The notes beneath the pieces were generated by a model. That model was not told the DNA's origin, did no database searches, and saw only the letters and a list, made by a program, of their open reading frames with translations. The position numbers and the translations under genes were made by a program. Of a stretch of DNA of 64,000 nucleotides, positions 12,391 through 24,133 are shown piece after piece. Position 1 is the first letter of the stretch. The number at the start of each line of letters is the position of its first letter. Source of the DNA: Eledone cirrhosa (Eukaryota); NCBI GenBank assembly GCA_964016885.1, contig OZ024740.1, positions 31,124,001 through 31,188,000 on the forward strand, read 5' to 3'.

Positions 12391-13660
12391 ATGATAAACT
12401 TAGGAAAATCAACAAAGAGAGGACAAGACAACGAATGAAAACAAGACAAAACAAAAAACAATCTTTTTAAGGGAAAACCTTAAAAAATTATTTTTTGAGA
12501 AAAAAATACAAACGAAAGTCAGAACTCCAGGGTCATCAGCCATTGAAATGGAATTTGGCAGTTTTGACTCTTACCAGCGGTACTCCTGGTCTACTCAGGG
12601 TCACTGCATCTGTCACAAGTCACAGTGCTGTCCTATGGAGTAAAAAATGAGACAAACAGTGACTTATAGCAATTAAGCTAAGACAAGTACACATAGAATT
12701 TCACATGACAACAAGGGAAAGGTATTGTGCCTCTTATAAGACAAAACTCTGATGGGTGAAACAAAGGAAAAAAGAAAAAAAAAGAAGGAAATAAAGGCAA
12801 GAAGAAGAAAGCAAGATATTGTGTTAAAAAATGTAAGCCATTGAAATTAATAGAGGGGGAGGGGACAAGTTTATCACAGATTAGTAATGATAAACTTAGG
12901 AAAATCAACATATATATATCAGGTGAGGTCTCTGTCTACTACTGGTACCATGTAGCCCTGTACAACCTGTCTCATGGTCAGGTAGTCAGCAACTAAACCA
13001 GCTACCCCACCAGCTACTCCTGGTGAGGAGAGTAAGTGGAAACCCACTAGCATAAAAACAAGAGCTGCCAAAGGGCACATGAACTCCACAGAGTCAGCGG
13101 CCATCTACCCCCAACTATGGATTAAATAGCCCCACCAACCTGCAATTGGCCAAACCTGGTGAGTATGGCTACACCCCCTGGAGCGGTTAAACTCCATGAC
13201 AATAACACATGTGATCCTCATAACTGTCCTGTTATCTTGCCTTGCCACTGGACACATAACTGAAGGGGTGGAGTGAGTGTCATGTGTGCAGCACAATTAC
13301 ATAGCATTGCTATCTTTATGTGCAGATATTTCTTCACAAGTCCTACAGCAGTGAAGTAGTGGCAATGTGTGCTGACTCAACCAGTTAGAAAGACACAGCC
13401 ACAAACCTACATGTGGGCGGCTTGAGTCTTATCCTAACATCGTTGCACTGTTAACCTGAACAACAATATGCTTCAGCAAAGTTTTGATCGTCTGAGCAGC
13501 CCTTTTTGGGGACACACTGCTCACCCATACCATATGAGAAGTGTCTACAAAAGATGACCTAAACAAGACCTGTTCTGTCATCAAACTGGCTAGCAACCTG
13601 CAGTTAGCGGTGGTTCATAATATGGAAGATGGCCATCTTCCATAAAGAAATGGCAGTTAT
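12391..13660 (-). mobile_element. Probable internally deleted L1/Tx1-like LINE remnant in a TA microsatellite
   Basis: T-rich 3'UTR-like part bounded by 24-bp direct repeats, and a GC-richer 5' part with a broken RRM-like ORF1 reading (RFVAVSF..VESA). Flanked by (TA)n. Confidence 0.3.
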
Positions 13661-13850
13661 CATATATATATATATGAGCATGACATGGTCACCTGACCTA
13701 GCATTGCTCACAACAGAATAACTCGTCTAACCCATGCCAGTGTGAAAAAATGGACGTTAAATGGTGATGATAATGATGATATATATTCTATACAACAATG
13801 TTTTGTTTAATTCATTCAACAAAGAGAATGCAAATGCAACTTAGAACCGC

Positions 13851-14247
13851 CTTACTTTGTTTTGAAATGTGAGGTTTCTACCAATCACATAAATCCTTAA
13901 TACATATCCAACACCAGGTTCAGATATACTTAAGTTATTTGATAATCACTGTGGATATGTCTAAATAGGAAAGCTTGTTTAAGATATAATAACAAGAATT
14001 TAGCAAATAGACGAAATGAAAACAAATCCTATCAAAGCATCATAGTGAAGAATATTCTAGAGTGAATCCTATTGTGTTGATCAAAGCACAATTCTTAATT
14101 AACAAGCTTGGTAATTATACACCACAGTGACATTCTAAGAGGTGATTTTAGAAATGTTATTTCATTTAACCAAACAATGATTTAAGAAACCTTATTCTAT
14201 AATTTTACAACAAATTAATCTCAATAGTAGAACATTCTCCCAAACAA
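13851..14247 (+). repeat. Local ~400-bp duplication, copy 1 (empty TTAA site at ~14182)
   Basis: Long identical stretches shared with 16317-16926. Confidence 0.9.
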
Positions 14248-14956
14248 ATAATTTTTTAAAGAAGTAATAATATGAATATTCCTCACTTAGGTCTGTTACT
14301 AAAGCTGGGTTTAGGCAATCCAGTTATAAATTCTCACCAAATCCTCTCAGAAATCACAACTACTTATCCTTGGTTAACTCTTTCAATGCCAACCCACACA
14401 AAACCACCTCTGGTCTTCATAAAACAAAGCCAACCATTTTAAAAAGTTCCTACTTGAATTAAAACTGTCCAACATAATTTGGTATAAGAACCTTTTGTTA
14501 AGTTATATTATCAGCATCATCTTAGTAATGAGATTATCGTCACCATTTAACATTTATTTCCCGTGCTTACATGTGTTAGATAGGTTGTAACATTATAAAG
14601 TTAGACAAGTTAGGATGAGAAAGTGAAAAAAAGCAAGAGTATGAATGGAGAAACAATGTTATAAAAACAAAATTTGAACAGATCATACTTGCTTCTTTTT
14701 TCTCCAGCCCTTTCATATCTAATCACCTTGTCTCAATATCATGAGACAACATATTTATAATGCATGCTCCATATAGTCTGTCTTTCACATGAAGAGAAAA
14801 CCTCTTTATTGGTAACAGAGACAACAGTTCCTCAAACTTCTTCGACTCCCTATTTCAGTTTCTATATTTTTGCTACACTTGTCCCCTACAATAATTAAAT
14901 CCTCTAGGTAGCACTACTTCCTGTGAACCATGTGAAATTCATAGACATCATTTTAA

Positions 14957-15171
14957 CCCTTTAGCATTTAAACCGGCCATATCCGGCCAGATTCTTTCAC
15001 CTCTTTCTGTTCAAACCGGCCATAACCAGCCATTCATATTGATGTTAAGGTATGGTTCTCAAAATAAATAATATCAAAATCTCAGATTTGATATGTGAGA
15101 TAATTATGCGAGGTAAAGCCTTTACCATGAAAATATAATAGTAAATATAGAGTAATGTAAATGCTAAAGGG
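14957..15171 (+). mobile_element. piggyBac-type MITE (~220 bp)
   Basis: 14-bp TIR CCCTTTAGCATTTA with TTAA on both sides. Confidence 0.9.
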
Positions 15172-15864
15172 TTAAGGAGTACTCAACCAAGTAATAAACA
15201 GCAGACCTATGTTCAGATGTAGTCCAGACATGACCATCCTGTCTTTTTCTATATCCAAGACATTAATCCAAATGGGCCTTTCTCTTTCTTTAAGATAGAG
15301 GAGTGTGATTTGATGAGGAATTGACTACTACTTTTAGCAAGATACATGAATATATAAAGACTTTATCATTGGATCAATGATAAGTTGTTTTTTCTCTTCT
15401 TTTGAGGGGGGGGGGGGGTATGGGATTTTGAAAGGAGTTGTTTCAGAGGTGATATACATTTAGCATGTGATTGACCCATATACTCTTAAATTCAACCAAT
15501 ACATCCAAAAGAGTTCTCTTCTACGAGACATCAGTTACTTGGTTACGGTGATAAGAATCTTTCTTTGCAAAAGAAATACCAGCTTTCTCTAGAGACATGT
15601 TTTACCATTTGAAAATTTATTTATAAATGTTCTGAATATTTGCAATTTTGTTAAGAAAACATTTTAATTCCAGACAGTTCACACACACACGCGCGCGCGC
15701 ATACTTCAACCAAGAAATTTAAAACACCAAATTTATTCTAAAATCTATGCAAATGTTCTAAGCTCAAATTCGTTCTTTATATAAATGCACCTCCTTAGGT
15801 TTTGATGGTGAGTGTTCTAGTAGTTTGATCAATGAAATGACTTACTCAATAAATTAACATTTAA

Positions 15865-16084
15865 CCCTTTAATGTTCAAACCGGCTAACACCGGCCAGAA
15901 TTCTCTACCTTTTTCTGTTGAAACTGGCTTTAACTGGTCACTCAAACTGATGTTAAGGTATTGTTCTCAAAATAAATACTTTCAAAATCTTATAGATTCG
16001 ATATTATGTGAGATAATTATGCGAGGTAAAGCCTTTACCATGAAAATATAATAGTATATATAGAGTAATGTGAATGCTAAAGGG
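15865..16084 (+). mobile_element. piggyBac-type MITE, same family
   Basis: TTAA-CCCTTT...GCTAAAGGG-TTAA, internal similarity to the copy at 14957. Confidence 0.88.
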
Positions 16085-16316
16085 TTAAGTGGCTGAATAT
16101 TCCACAGACATATATACCATTGGTGTAACTCTCAGCATGGCACAATTTGTAACAAGGTTGGCCCTATAGAATTACAGATACAGTTAATCCAATGGTCTTT
16201 CATACACAGTGTCACTCAACCCAATTTCACTCACAAGACTTGAGTTGATCCAAGACTATGGTAAAAGATTCTCATCCAAGATGTTATGCAGTGGGACTGG
16301 TTGTATTTAAACTATC

Positions 16317-16926
16317 TCACTTTGTTTTGATGTCTGAGTTTTTACCAATTGCATATATCCTTAATACTTACCAGGTTCAGATATACTTAAGTTATTTGAT
16401 AATCACTGTGGATATGTCTAAATAGGAAAGCTTGTTTAAGATATAATAACAAGGATTTAGCAAATAGACGAAATGAAAACAAATCCTATCAAAGCATCAT
16501 AGTGAAGAATATTCTAGAGTGAATCCTACTGTGTTGATCAAAGCACAATTCTTAATTAACAAGCTTGGTAATTATACACCACTGACATTCTAAGGAGTGA
16601 TTTTACAAATGTTATTTCATTTAACTAAACAATGATTTAATCCTTTAGCATTTACATTACTCTATATTTACTATAGTATTTTCATAGTAAAGGCTTTACC
16701 TCACATATTTATCTCACAGAATAATGAATTTCAAGATTTTGATATTATTTATTTTGAGAACAATACCTTAACATCAGTATGAGTGGCCAGTTACAGCTGG
16801 TTTGGACAGAAAGAGGTGAGAGAATTCTGGCTGGATATGGCCGGTTTAAATACTAAATGGTTAAGAAACCTTATTCTATAATTTTACAAAAAATTAATCT
16901 CAGTAGTAGAGCATTCTACCAAACAA
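16317..16926 (+). repeat. Local duplication, copy 2 (interrupted by a MITE)
   Basis: Same sequence as 13851-14247 plus a 220-bp insertion and a duplicated TTAA. Confidence 0.9.
16641..16860 (-). mobile_element. piggyBac-type MITE, same family, inverted
   Basis: TTAA TSDs at 16637-16640 and 16861-16864. The empty site is present in the paralogous segment. Confidence 0.92.
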
Positions 16927-16986
16927 GTTGATTGTCAAACTTTATGTTGGTTCAACAATACTAAACCTTTTGTCTGAAAGTGGTTA

Positions 16987-17240
16987 TCTATCTATATAAT
17001 ACTAAAAGTCTGTGATTGCTTGCTTGCTTGTCTGTAATGTAAAACAGCCAAAAGGGCGCATAATGGTAAAATACTTTGAAAGGAAGTTGACTCTGAAATG
17101 GGAATACAAATGGAATAAAACAAGTTTTGCGTAAATCGGACCACGGGTTCCCGAGATATGGGGTTTTTCCGGGTACCTTCTTAAACAGAGAGAGAGAGAA
17201 AGAGAAACATAGAGAGAGAGAGAGGAGACAGAGAAGGAGA
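16987..17240 (+). mobile_element. Helitron/Helentron-like non-autonomous element, 5' part
   Basis: A|TCTATCTATATAATACTAAAAG start, (GCTT)n microsatellite, and AAATCGGACCACGGGTTCCCGAGATAT motif followed by (AG)n. Confidence 0.45.
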
Positions 17241-17303
17241 ATGGAAGAGAGAGAGCTGGTGGTGTTGTTGTGTATATATATATATATATGAGTGTGTGTG
17301 TAT

Positions 17304-18597
17304 ATAACGGAGGAGTTTAAGACCGGATGCCCATGGGAACTCCTGTATGCTGATGACCTCGCACTCATAGCTGAATCTATGGTAGAACTAGAGAATAAAT
17401 TCCAAACCTGGAAGCAGGGACTAGAGAGAAAGGGCCTCAAAGTCAACATGACAAAGACTAAGGTCCTTGTAAGTAGACGAGAAAACAGAGCCCAGATCCC
17501 CTCAGGGAAATGGCCTTGCTCAGTATGTAGGAAAGGTGTAGGTAGGAACTCCATTCTCTGCCCCAAATGCAAACAATGGGTACACAAGAGATGTAGCGGG
17601 ATCTCAGGAAGCTTAATTAAGAATGTAGGATTCACATGCAGCAGCTGTGCTGAAAGAGCAAGCAAACAGCCACAGGAAACAAGTACCACCAATCTCTGGG
17701 AGGGCCCTGTAGAAACAGTAGACAGCTTCTGCTACCTAGGTGACCGAATTAGCAACGGAGGTGGGTGCTCAGAAAGTACAATAACTAGGGTAAGAATGGG
17801 ATGGAAGAAGTTTAGGGAACTACTACCACTGCTAGCTGCAAAAGGCTTCTCCCTCAGAATGAAAGGCAGACTGTATGATGCGTGTATCCGAACAGCGATG
17901 TTGCATGGTAGTGAGACCTGGGCGCTGAAGGTGGAAGACTTACGTAGATTAGAGAGAAACGAAGCCTGCATGCTCCGATGGATGTGTAACAGTAATATAC
18001 GTGAACGACAAAGCATAAAGGAATTGAGAGAGAGACTGAGCATAAGAGGAATCAAATGCTGCGTGCAGGAGAGGCGGTTACGCTGGTATGGACATGTGAT
18101 GCGTATGAAGGATGACTGCTGCATAAAAAGGTGCAGAGCACTAGAAGTTGATGGAAACCGCGGAGTGGGGAGACCCAAGATGACTTGGGATGAGGTGATA
18201 AAAGCCGACCTTACCCAACTACACCTCTCAAAGACAATGACACACGACCGTGACTTCTGGCGTCACGCAGTAATACAGGGTACCCGACCTCCCATGGGTA
18301 CATGCTGAAGCATATAAACAATATGCCCCCACTCCCCCCCCCCCCACCGCAAGGTGGTCGTGGAGGTGCCACGGCAAAAAAGCACCCAGCCCACACTGTA
18401 AAGTGGACGTGTAGGCGCCACGAAAAAGCACCCAGCACTCACTGTAAATGAGGTTGGTGTTAGGAAGGGCATCCAGCTGTAGAAATCAAGCCAGATCAGT
18501 TCCTGTATGAGCAAGGCATGGTCAGCCGACCAGACACTGCCCACAACAGGACAACCCGTCTAACCCATGCTAGCGTGGAAGAACGGACGTAAAACGG

Positions 18598-18633
<36 letters not shown>
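17304..18633 (+). mobile_element. 5'-truncated RTE LINE with an intact ORF remnant (RT C-terminal half plus PHD finger)
   Basis: LLYADDL, KTKVL, FCYLG and RRLRWYGH motifs, open to the stop at 18308. (GAT)n tail. Candidate TSD TGTGTGTGTATATA at 17293-17306 and 18634-18647. Confidence 0.96.
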
Positions 18634-18635
<2 letters not shown>

Positions 18636-18864
18636 TGTGTGTATATATATGTGTATTTATGACCAGTGTATATAAATCACAGACACCCACATATATATAT
18701 ACACACACATACATATATATGTATACAAACACACACATGTATATATATACATACATACACGTATATATATGGGCCTTCCAGTTTCATTTCACATTATATA
18801 CATGTCTGTGTATATTTTAATTATTTAACAATTATTTTTAAGTTAAGATGATTTTTTTAAAAAT

Positions 18865-19430
18865 ATTTTTGTTTGTCTCCTGGTCTTGATGGTGTTACGT
18901 ACCTGCTTCTCAAATGTGGTGGGTACTTCCTTCTGCACCAGCTATTATGCTTCTTCCAATTCTGTTTGAACAATGGTGCTACTCCAGAACAGTGGAAAAC
19001 TGCCAGTGTCATTCCTCTGTTCAAAAAGGGTGACCGCACATCACCTGTGAACTATCGTCCAGTCAGTCTTACTAGCTGCATTGCCAAACTGATGGAATCC
19101 TGTGTCAGAGAAACGCTTTGGAACTTCTGGAACTCTCACAGTCTTATCCGGCCCTCGCAATTTGGATTTATCCCTAACTCCAGCTGCTGTGATCAACTTA
19201 TCGAGTTTCTTGACGACGTCACTTGGATCACTGATGGCAGCTCATGGGTGGATGTTGTTTACCTTGACTTTGCTAAAGCTTTCAATTCTGTGCCACACAA
19301 AAGACTTATGTCTAAACTCTCTGCAATGGGTGTGAAGGAGGATCTTTTTAACTGGTTGAAGTCCTTCAGTCTCACTCGAAGAGAGGTAGTCCCAGTTCTA
19401 GGACAGCATTCCTCACCTGAATGCTCTTCT
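18865..19430 (+). mobile_element. CR1-clade LINE RT fragment
   Basis: SPGLDG, WK.A.VIPLFKKG, NYRPVSLTS, QFGF, VDVVYLDFAKAF motifs. Confidence 0.9.
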
Positions 19431-19445
19431 AGGACAGCATTCATC

Positions 19446-19509
19446 TTTAGATAAATACTAGACCACCCATGACCCATTGGGGTCACGGGTAGTCTAGTAT
19501 TTATCTAAA
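19446..19509. repeat. 64-bp near-perfect palindrome containing a Helitron-like 3' end (hairpin + CTAG|T)
   Basis: TTTAGATAAATACTAGAC...GTCTAGTATTTATCTAAA arms, 2 mismatches, 4-nt loop. Confidence 0.85.
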
Positions 19510-19635
19510 ATCCTTCCATCATAATGTTATAATTATGCAGTAGGACTGAACCCAAAAGCTCATGATTGTGAAGTGCACTTTGTAACTATTCAGCCATCCT
19601 GTCCATTCTATAAATGTACAATTTATAATGATTTC

Positions 19636-19822
19636 ACCTTAAAGACAAAGCCAGCAATTTGGGACAGGGAAAAAATGATTGATTAGATTGACTGGTACTT
19701 TATTTTATCAACCCCTGAAAGTATGAAAGACAAAGTTAATCTCAGTGGAATTTGAATTCAGAGTGTAAAGGGCTATAACTCTATGCTGCAAAGCATTTTG
19801 TTCAACACTCTACCAATTCTTG
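19636..19822 (-). mobile_element. Meta-domain-like tRNA SINE
   Basis: Reverse complement of the SINE body at 9760-9982. Confidence 0.75.
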
Positions 19823-20721
19823 AGGTTAGCATTAATAAAACCTTGAGGTAAGGTTTAATAATAAAAATTCATAGATTTTATTTCATAGTGGAAAAAAATC
19901 ATAGAAATGAATAAGGAGATTATAGAACCCCAAATGTATTTTTGTCACTATTACTACAACTACTACAAAATGTACTATCACATCCATCATCATCATCATC
20001 ATCATCATTGTCGTCATCATCATTATCAATATTGTCAAGACTACTACCATTACCATCATCACCCCATTTAGTGCCATCCCTTTTACCTTTACTTCTACTG
20101 CCAATATCATCTTTATTTATATCTACTATAAATGAACAAAGTCCACTTCCAAAGATCTAATTAATTAGTACCATTTAACTCCTTCTTAATTGTTAGCCAG
20201 CCTACAGAAGTTTTTATATAGTAAGTGGTCTGTCAAGTAGACTGTAACACAAGTTATTAGCACAAGTACTTAATAGACTACTTCAACTAATCTAGCAGTC
20301 CATTAAAAAAAATACTTAACCAATTCCTCTACTTTTGGCATTCAGGAAGGTAGGGACATGTATTTTTTTTTTAGAAACTGTATGATGATGATATCAAAGG
20401 AGAAGAGACAATGACAAAGGGATTTCTAGGTTTAAGCTTTAAATTTTAAACAACCTTATTTGATTAATTTTACTCAAAAATAGATATCAAATCCCACCAA
20501 TGTCAACTTTGTCTTTCATCCTTCTGGAGTTGATAAAATAAAGTAGCAGTTGAGTACTGGAATCACTTCCTATGATACAAGGTGTCCCAACCTGAGTGAT
20601 ATCGCACACCAGTGGGCGATAAATAACTGAACAGAAAAGGATTTTGAGTATTAAGAAGATATTTCAACATATGCTACCCACCACAAATATTCTAAGAAGA
20701 TATGCAAAGAATCTGTATTAA

Positions 20722-20945
20722 CCCCTTAGCATTTAAACCAGCTGTATCCGACCATAATTCTCTCACCTCTTTCTGTTCAAACCGGCTGTAACAAGCCACT
20801 TATACTGATGTTAAGGTATTGTTCTCAAAATAAATAACATCAAAATCTCATAGATTCGATATTATGTGAGATATTATGTGAAATAAAGCCTTTACCACGA
20901 AAATACAATAGCATATATATATAGAGTAATGTGAATGCTAAAGGG
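20722..20945 (+). mobile_element. piggyBac-type MITE, same family
   Basis: TIRs and TTAA flanks. Confidence 0.88.
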
Positions 20946-21507
20946 TTAAAAAAAACAGCAGGCTCAATGAGAATAATGAACCAGTCACAAACTTTTACAA
21001 AACAATTTTGGTATGGTTTTGAATATTTACTATAGAGGTGGGTAGTAGAAAATCTTTTCATGTGAAAGTGGGCAATGATTCCAGAGAGGTTGGGAAACCT
21101 GCTATAATGCATCCTGGATGTCAATGAAATTATAATAGAACATTTAGATTATCAAATAAGCAACTCATCCCCCAACCCAACTTCAATATACAGATATCTG
21201 CTCTAGGCACAAAGCCAAGTTTCATATATGAGATTGTACAAATAATTTAACCAATTTCAGTATATTATGGATCAGATTTTATTGGACCTGAAGAGATGAA
21301 AACGAGAATTAGAATAAGTGGAATTTGAATTCTAAATCTGAAAAAAAAAGCCTGTGTAAGGCATTTAATCCAAATCTGTCTCAGCAGCAATTTTGTCATT
21401 CAGTGGTAATATTCACTTTTGTTATCAGGGAAATAGGACATTAAATGATGATGATGATGGTGGTGGTAGTGGTGGTGGTGGTAATGCAGGAGGGTAGCGA
21501 CAGCAAC

Positions 21508-21538
<31 letters not shown>

Positions 21539-21644
21539 GGAATTAGGCAATTTGACAGAAATGTTAGAGTATTTAGTTGAATTCTTGCTGAGGTCAAATT
21601 CTCTTTCTTTCATCTAGGGTCAATAGAATATGTACCAGTTACTG

Positions 21645-21850
21645 TTGTTTAAGCACCAAGTCAAACCTCATTGTGCAGAACTATGATCAAAATCACTACA
21701 ACCATGACCATCATGTTTTTTCTATTCCCACAGTGTTCCCAGAACTACATTATTCAAATTTCTTTTTTCTAAAATGATATGGTATGAGGGAAATTCGGCT
21801 GCTACTTCTAGCAGGTTGGGCAGTCACATAAAGGCACCATCATTGGTAGG
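21645..21850 (+). mobile_element. Dispersed repeat family. Other copies at ~4300-4430, 5800-5935 (-), 15200-15375, 58140-58215 and 59775-59960.
   Basis: Shared CTATGATCAAA..CCATGACCATC..TTTGAGGGAAATTTGGCTGCTATTTCTAGCA blocks. Confidence 0.6.
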
Positions 21851-22261
21851 AATATGTACCAATAATATTTCTTTCTTTTTCTTTTTATTATACATATCAC
21901 CACTTTCCCCTTTTCACATCATCATCACCTCCATCCCTACACCACTATCCCAGTCGTCATAATCATCATTAACAACAACAAAGTGAAAAGGAACCAAAAT
22001 TCATATTTTCCATTAATATTCTTTGTGTATTATACTTATTCAATGAATCATTTCTCCTTTCAGAAAAGCAGCCAAGGTTTCATGGGAAGTAGACAAAAAA
22101 TGTTGAAAGTTGCAATACAGCTGCAAATAAAAGGTGTAACTAACAAAGAAATGAAGCCTATTAGCTGTTCATAGGGTTCACTACAGATATTATGTTTTGT
22201 TATTTAGGTGACCTGAACACAGAAGAAATTTTAGAATAGTGTTTTATTTTGCTTTTTACAG

Positions 22262-22583
22262 AGTTTTTTGAGTAACATTACTCGATAAAGTGCGTAGCTC
22301 GAAGATCTGAGAGTCACTCCAGGTAGAGCCGCTACTTCTCTGAATTGAGAGATCACAGCTCCGATACTATAGACATGTGGTTAGAATGTCTCATCAGGAA
22401 AGAATTGCTCGACAGATTTTATGGGCAAAACCAACTGGCAAGAGACCCAAAGGTAGACTCCGAGCAAGATGGTTGGATAACATCCATGAGCTTGGCTGGT
22501 CATGCTTGGGAATCCAGCTGGATCAGTTAGAGTTGGTTGCTTCTGACAGGACCTGCTGGAAGGAGTGGTTGAGGACTCTGACC
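22262..22583 (+). mobile_element. Rex3/Expander-type RTE LINE C-terminal fragment
   Basis: LLDKVRSS.I.ESLQVEPLLL.IERSQLR...RPKGRLRARWLD...LG, with in-frame stops. Confidence 0.8.
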
Positions 22584-23639
22584 TAGTAGATATGTAGTAT
22601 ATAGAGTAGATATGGAGTATATAGAGTAGATATGTAGTATATAGAGTAGATATGGAGTATATAGAGTAGATATGTAGTATATAGAGTATATATGTAGTAT
22701 ATAGAGTAGATATGTAGTATATAGAATAGATATATAGTATATAGAGTATATATGTAGTATATAGAGTAGATATGTATTATATAGAATAGATATGTAGTAG
22801 ATATGTAGTATATAGAGTAGATATGTAGTATATAGAATAGATATGTAGTATATAGAATAGATAAGGAGTATATAGAGTAGATATGGAGTATATAGAGTAG
22901 ATATGTAGTATATAGAGTAGATATGTAGTATATAGAATAGATATGGAGTATATAGAGTATATATGTAGTATATAGAGTAGATATGTAGTATATTGAGTAG
23001 ATAGGTAGTATATAGAATAGATATGTAGTATATAGAATAGATATGTAGTATATAGAGTAGATATGAAGCATATAGAGTAGATATGTAGTATATAGAATGG
23101 ATATGTAGTATATAGAATAGATATGTAGTTTATAGAGTAGATATGTAGTATATAGAATAGATATGTAGTATATAGAATAGATATGTAATATATAGAGTAG
23201 ATATGTAGTATATAGAGTAGATATGTAGCATATAGAGTAGATATGTAGTATATAGAGTAGATATGTAGTATATAGAGTAGATATGTAGTATATAGAATAG
23301 ATATGTAATATATAGAGTAGATATGTAGTATATAGAGTAGATATGTAGTATATAGAGTAGATATGTAGTATATAGAGTAGATATGTAGTATATAGAATAG
23401 ATATGGAGTACAAAGAGTAGATATGTAGTATATAGAATAGATATGGAGTATATAGAGTAGATATGTACTATATAGAATAGATATGTAGTATATAGAGTAG
23501 ATATGTAGTATATAGAGTATATAGAGTAGATATGTAGTATATAGAATAGATATGTAGTATATAGTGTTGATACATAGTATATAAAGTTGATATTTAATAG
23601 ATGTAGTATATATGGAGTGGATAGAGTATGTATGTAGTA
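22584..23639 (+). repeat. 20-bp minisatellite (AGATATGTAGTATATAGAGT)n, about 50 units
   Basis: Direct tandem periodicity of 20. Confidence 0.97.
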
Positions 23640-24133
23640 CAATGATTCTCAACCAGTGTGCCATGGCACACTAAGAAAATGTGAAAAACTCTGTGATCCC
23701 AATTGAGTATTCAGTCTGGGGTGTAACATGTTGCACCACATAGCTTTGTTGATTTAGGGATGAACGAAATGTTTCCAAATGTCAAAATGCTAAAAATTCT
23801 ATATCTTTTATTGTTTCGTTTGTCATTAGTATTGATCATATGAATGGATATTGGTCAATACTTGTCTTAAGGTGGGACTAAAGAAGTCAGTTATTTGACT
23901 GATGAAATTTGAAACACTGCAATAAAGTAAGTCCATAGCTGTGTCTTTATTTAGTTTGAGTCATTCTATGTGTCTATGACTAGTTTGTGTCTACAGTTGT
24001 ATGCCGTCTATGACTTACCATGTTTTTATTTTATAAAATTCAAATATTTTTCATATATATTTAGCCAGGTGTGCCGCTATTTTTTCATGTGTTCCAAGGT
24101 GTGCCGTTGGCAAAAAAAGGTTGAGAACCAATG
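23640..24133. mobile_element. hAT (Charlie/Buster-type) non-autonomous element, 494 bp
   Basis: TIRs CAATGATTCTCAACC / GGTTGAGAACCAATG, subterminal GTGTGCC repeats, 8-bp TSD ATGTAGTA at 23632-23639 and 24134-24141. Confidence 0.9.

Noticed and set aside
13425-13545. Ly6/three-finger-like CC....CN reading on the minus strand
   Set aside because: In-frame stop inside the motif, no signal peptide or splice support, and it lies in a probable TE remnant.
16371-16420. AG..GTAAGT-bounded 46-nt minus-strand exon in the duplicated segment
   Set aside because: Stops in all three frames, and the donor is missing in the other copy. There is no support without RNA data.
16988-18178. Minus-strand ORFs of 234 and 148 aa (likewise 62606-62980 +)
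   Set aside because: Antisense shadows of RTE coding sequence.
19883-21613. Poly-Met/His/Ser ORFs
   Set aside because: Products of (CAT)n/(GAT)n microsatellites.
22583-23664. Three long Y/I/L-rich ORFs (170-295 aa)
   Set aside because: Artefact of a stop-free strand of the 20-bp minisatellite, open in all three frames.
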